NCBI GenBank assembly: GCA_035510155.1
Contig: DATKHR010000111.1
Location: 3-64,002, forward strand
DNA length: 64,000 nt
Reading direction: 5' to 3'
From: Vicinamibacterales bacterium
GTDB taxonomy: Bacteria; Acidobacteriota; Vicinamibacteria; Vicinamibacterales; CAVVIG01
Positions within the stretch are counted from its first letter, which is position 1; each line of letters starts with the position of its first letter. The position numbers were made by a program, and so were the translations under genes. Positions 62,388 through 64,000 of this stretch are shown here, one piece after another. The notes beneath the pieces were generated by a model. The model ran no database searches. It worked only from the letters and a program-made list of their open reading frames with translations, and was not told where the DNA came from.

Positions 62388-63179
62388 TCAGATCATTCCC
62401 TTCAACAAGCCGCCGTCGACCTGCACATTTGTCCCGGTGATGTACGACGCTGCGTCCGACAGAAGGAATGCGCCCACGCGTCCGAATTCGTCCGGAGCGC
62501 CGTAGCGGCCGAGCGGCACTGTCGCCATCACGCGCGCACGATGATCGTCGACCGATGTGAGGCTCCGCTTCGCGTTAATCTCGTCGAGGTATCGCAGACG
62601 ATCCGTCTCGATGCGGCCTGGCATCAGGGTGTTGACGCGGATTCGGTCGGGAGCGAGCTCCAGCGAAAGTGTTTTCGCCAGAGACGTGACGCCAGACCGC
62701 AACACGTTGGACAGCGCCAGGTTGGCAATCGGCTCCTTCACCGACGATGAGGTGCCGATGACGATCGAGCCCCCGCCACGAGCTCGCAGCGACGGCACGA
62801 CCAGACGAACGGTGCGAACAACGCTCATCACCAGCAAATCGAACGCGCTTTGCCAGGCGTGGTCGTCGAGGCCAAGCGCGCCGCCCGTGGGCGGTCCTCC
62901 GGTGTTCGCAAACAGCGCGTCGATCCCGCCGAAAGCCTTCAGCGTTTCGGCGTGCCAGCGGGCGATCGCGTCAGCCGTGCTGAGGTCCGCGACCACAGGA
63001 AGGACTCGAGCGCCCGTGGCGTTCATGATTTGATCTGCCGCGCGTCTGATCGCTTCGGGATCGCGCGACGCAATCGACACGGACGCGCCCTCGCCGGCGA
63101 GCGCCCGGGCGACGGCGTACCCCAGCCCTTTGCTGGCGCCGCCGACCATAGCGACTTTGTTGGTCAGTCCGAGGTTCAT
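62388..63179 (-). CDS. Short-chain dehydrogenase/reductase (SDR, 3-oxoacyl-ACP-reductase-like)
   Basis: ORF 62388..63692 trimmed to ATG 63179 (MNLGLTNKVAMVGGASKGLG = TGxxxGxG-type motif). NTGG block. ATGA overlap with the upstream gene. Confidence 0.85.
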   Translation of the reverse strand: MNLGLTNKVAMVGGASKGLGYAVARALAGEGASVSIASRDPEAIRRAADQIMNATGARVLPVVADLSTADAIARWHAETLKAFGGIDALFANTGGPPTGGALGLDDHAWQSAFDLLVMSVVRTVRLVVPSLRARGGGSIVIGTSSSVKEPIANLALSNVLRSGVTSLAKTLSLELAPDRIRVNTLMPGRIETDRLRYLDEINAKRSLTSVDDHRARVMATVPLGRYGAPDEFGRVGAFLLSDAASYITGTNVQVDGGLLKGMI

Positions 63180-63637
63180 GAGGCGCTCACCCAATTCATG
63201 ACGCGATCCAGGGCCACCATTGTGGGCTGATCGAGTGTGCCGCCAGGCGGGCGAACGGCTGGCGTCGTGATGGCGCCGCGGCGGCGCAGCGCAAAACCGG
63301 TCATGGCCGAGTTGATCTTGGCCATCCGAGGAGGGCTGATCATCAACGATGCCGCGCCGGCCTTCTTGGCGCGGCGACTGTACTCGATGCACGTTCGCAA
63401 TCCGTCGGCGGTGGTCCCCGCGACTACCGGCGCGCGGCCGCACACATGGGTCAGCACGGTGTCGAGCACGACATCGCGCTCCCGGTCCGTCAAGCGCGCG
63501 ACCTCGCTGGTCACGCCGAGCGCCGTGAACCCGGTGACGCCGTCGGCGAGAAAGAGGTCGATGACGCGCCGAAGACTGTCGGGATCGAAATCGCCGCGGG
63601 CGTCGAATGGAGTAGGAAGGACCGAGAAAACGCTCAT
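63176..63637 (-). CDS. DHDPS/N-acetylneuraminate-lyase-family protein, truncated (N-terminal half only; possible pseudogene or remnant)
   Basis: 153 aa. PTPFDARGDFD...VTGFTALGVTSEVARLT...VVAGTTADG...LMISPP aligns with the first ~155 residues of DapA-type aldolases. The frame stops just before the position of the Schiff-base lysine. Confidence 0.55.
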   Translation of the reverse strand: MSVFSVLPTPFDARGDFDPDSLRRVIDLFLADGVTGFTALGVTSEVARLTDRERDVVLDTVLTHVCGRAPVVAGTTADGLRTCIEYSRRAKKAGAASLMISPPRMAKINSAMTGFALRRRGAITTPAVRPPGGTLDQPTMVALDRVMNWVSAS

Positions 63638-63981
63638 CTGAAATAGGTGTCCGTCCTGTCGATCCAGTCCTGCCGGACGGGGCTGAAGACATCGATCACT
63701 TCGGCGTCTTCGATGACGGTCACACTATGCTCGGCCCATGACGGAATCTGCAGCGCCTCGCCGGTCCGAACAACGATCTCTTCTCCCGCGACGAGGAAGC
63801 GCACGGCACCCGACACGACGTAGCTGACCTGCTCGTTGTCATGGGCGTGCGCAGGCACGATGGCGCCGCGCGAGAGGCTGAAGCGCGCCAGCGTCATGCG
63901 CTCGGCTGTCAGGTACCGCCGGCGGACGCCCGGCGCGAGCTGCTCGGTCGGGACATCGTCCCATCGGTGGAGGATGGCCAT
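63634..63981 (-). CDS. Cupin-2 domain protein
   Basis: 115 aa. VPAHAHDNEQVSYVVSG...IPSWAEHSV cupin metal-site motifs. ATGA overlap with the downstream gene. Confidence 0.8.
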   Translation of the reverse strand: MAILHRWDDVPTEQLAPGVRRRYLTAERMTLARFSLSRGAIVPAHAHDNEQVSYVVSGAVRFLVAGEEIVVRTGEALQIPSWAEHSVTVIEDAEVIDVFSPVRQDWIDRTDTYFR

Positions 63982-64000
63982 GGCGAACCATTCTATTGCG

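Noticed and set aside
1-64000. Scan for tRNA/rRNA genes, transposases, integrases, phage genes and att-like flanking repeats
   Set aside because: No cloverleaf-compatible segments were seen in the short intergenic regions, no rRNA-like conserved blocks, and no DDE, tyrosine or serine recombinase motifs in any long ORF. I cannot exclude small ncRNAs without covariance-model searches.

Overview
High-GC bacterial chromosomal segment, densely coding: about 58 protein genes. I found no rRNA, tRNA, CRISPR array, transposase or integrase. The gene content suggests a soil Acidobacteriota- or Gemmatimonadota-like organism, but this cannot be proven from the sequence. Supporting features are many twin-arginine (Tat) signal peptides, lipoproteins, and at least nine secreted peptidases or hydrolases (M20, beta-lactamase-fold, amidase, S8, TolB-like, M28-PDZ, S10, S9, MBL). 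Housekeeping and accessory genes include pdxH, a VapBC toxin-antitoxin pair, an ABC-2 exporter operon, a YeeE/YedE sulfur transporter, a TsdA-like dihaem cytochrome c and a proline dehydrogenase operon. The most unusual region is a ~15 kb glycan/glycolipid-type locus (27.6-42.8 kb). Its core is a seven-gene, translationally coupled minus-strand operon: a Wzy/O-antigen-ligase-like protein, a GT4 glycosyltransferase fused in frame to a B12-binding radical SAM domain, a radical SAM/SPASM enzyme, a SAM methyltransferase, a second B12-radical SAM enzyme, a second methyltransferase, and an amidohydrolase. It is flanked by a Wzx-like flippase, a nucleotidyltransferase-like gene, a second GT4, an OM beta-barrel and a clan GH-A glycosidase. 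Other points worth a second look are listed here.
- A coiled-coil PilZ protein lies divergent to a PEGA protein.
- An S8 protease carries 12 'NIVWG' repeats.
- A surface protein contains four 255-bp BACON-like tandem repeats.
- Gly/Arg-rich low-complexity insertions occur in three unrelated secreted enzymes.
- A PLP C-S-lyase-like enzyme has a Tat signal and sits next to YeeE.
- A DHDPS-like gene is truncated.
- A 21-bp tandem duplication lies upstream of a DinB gene.
All functional calls rest on motif recognition by eye; no database search was possible.
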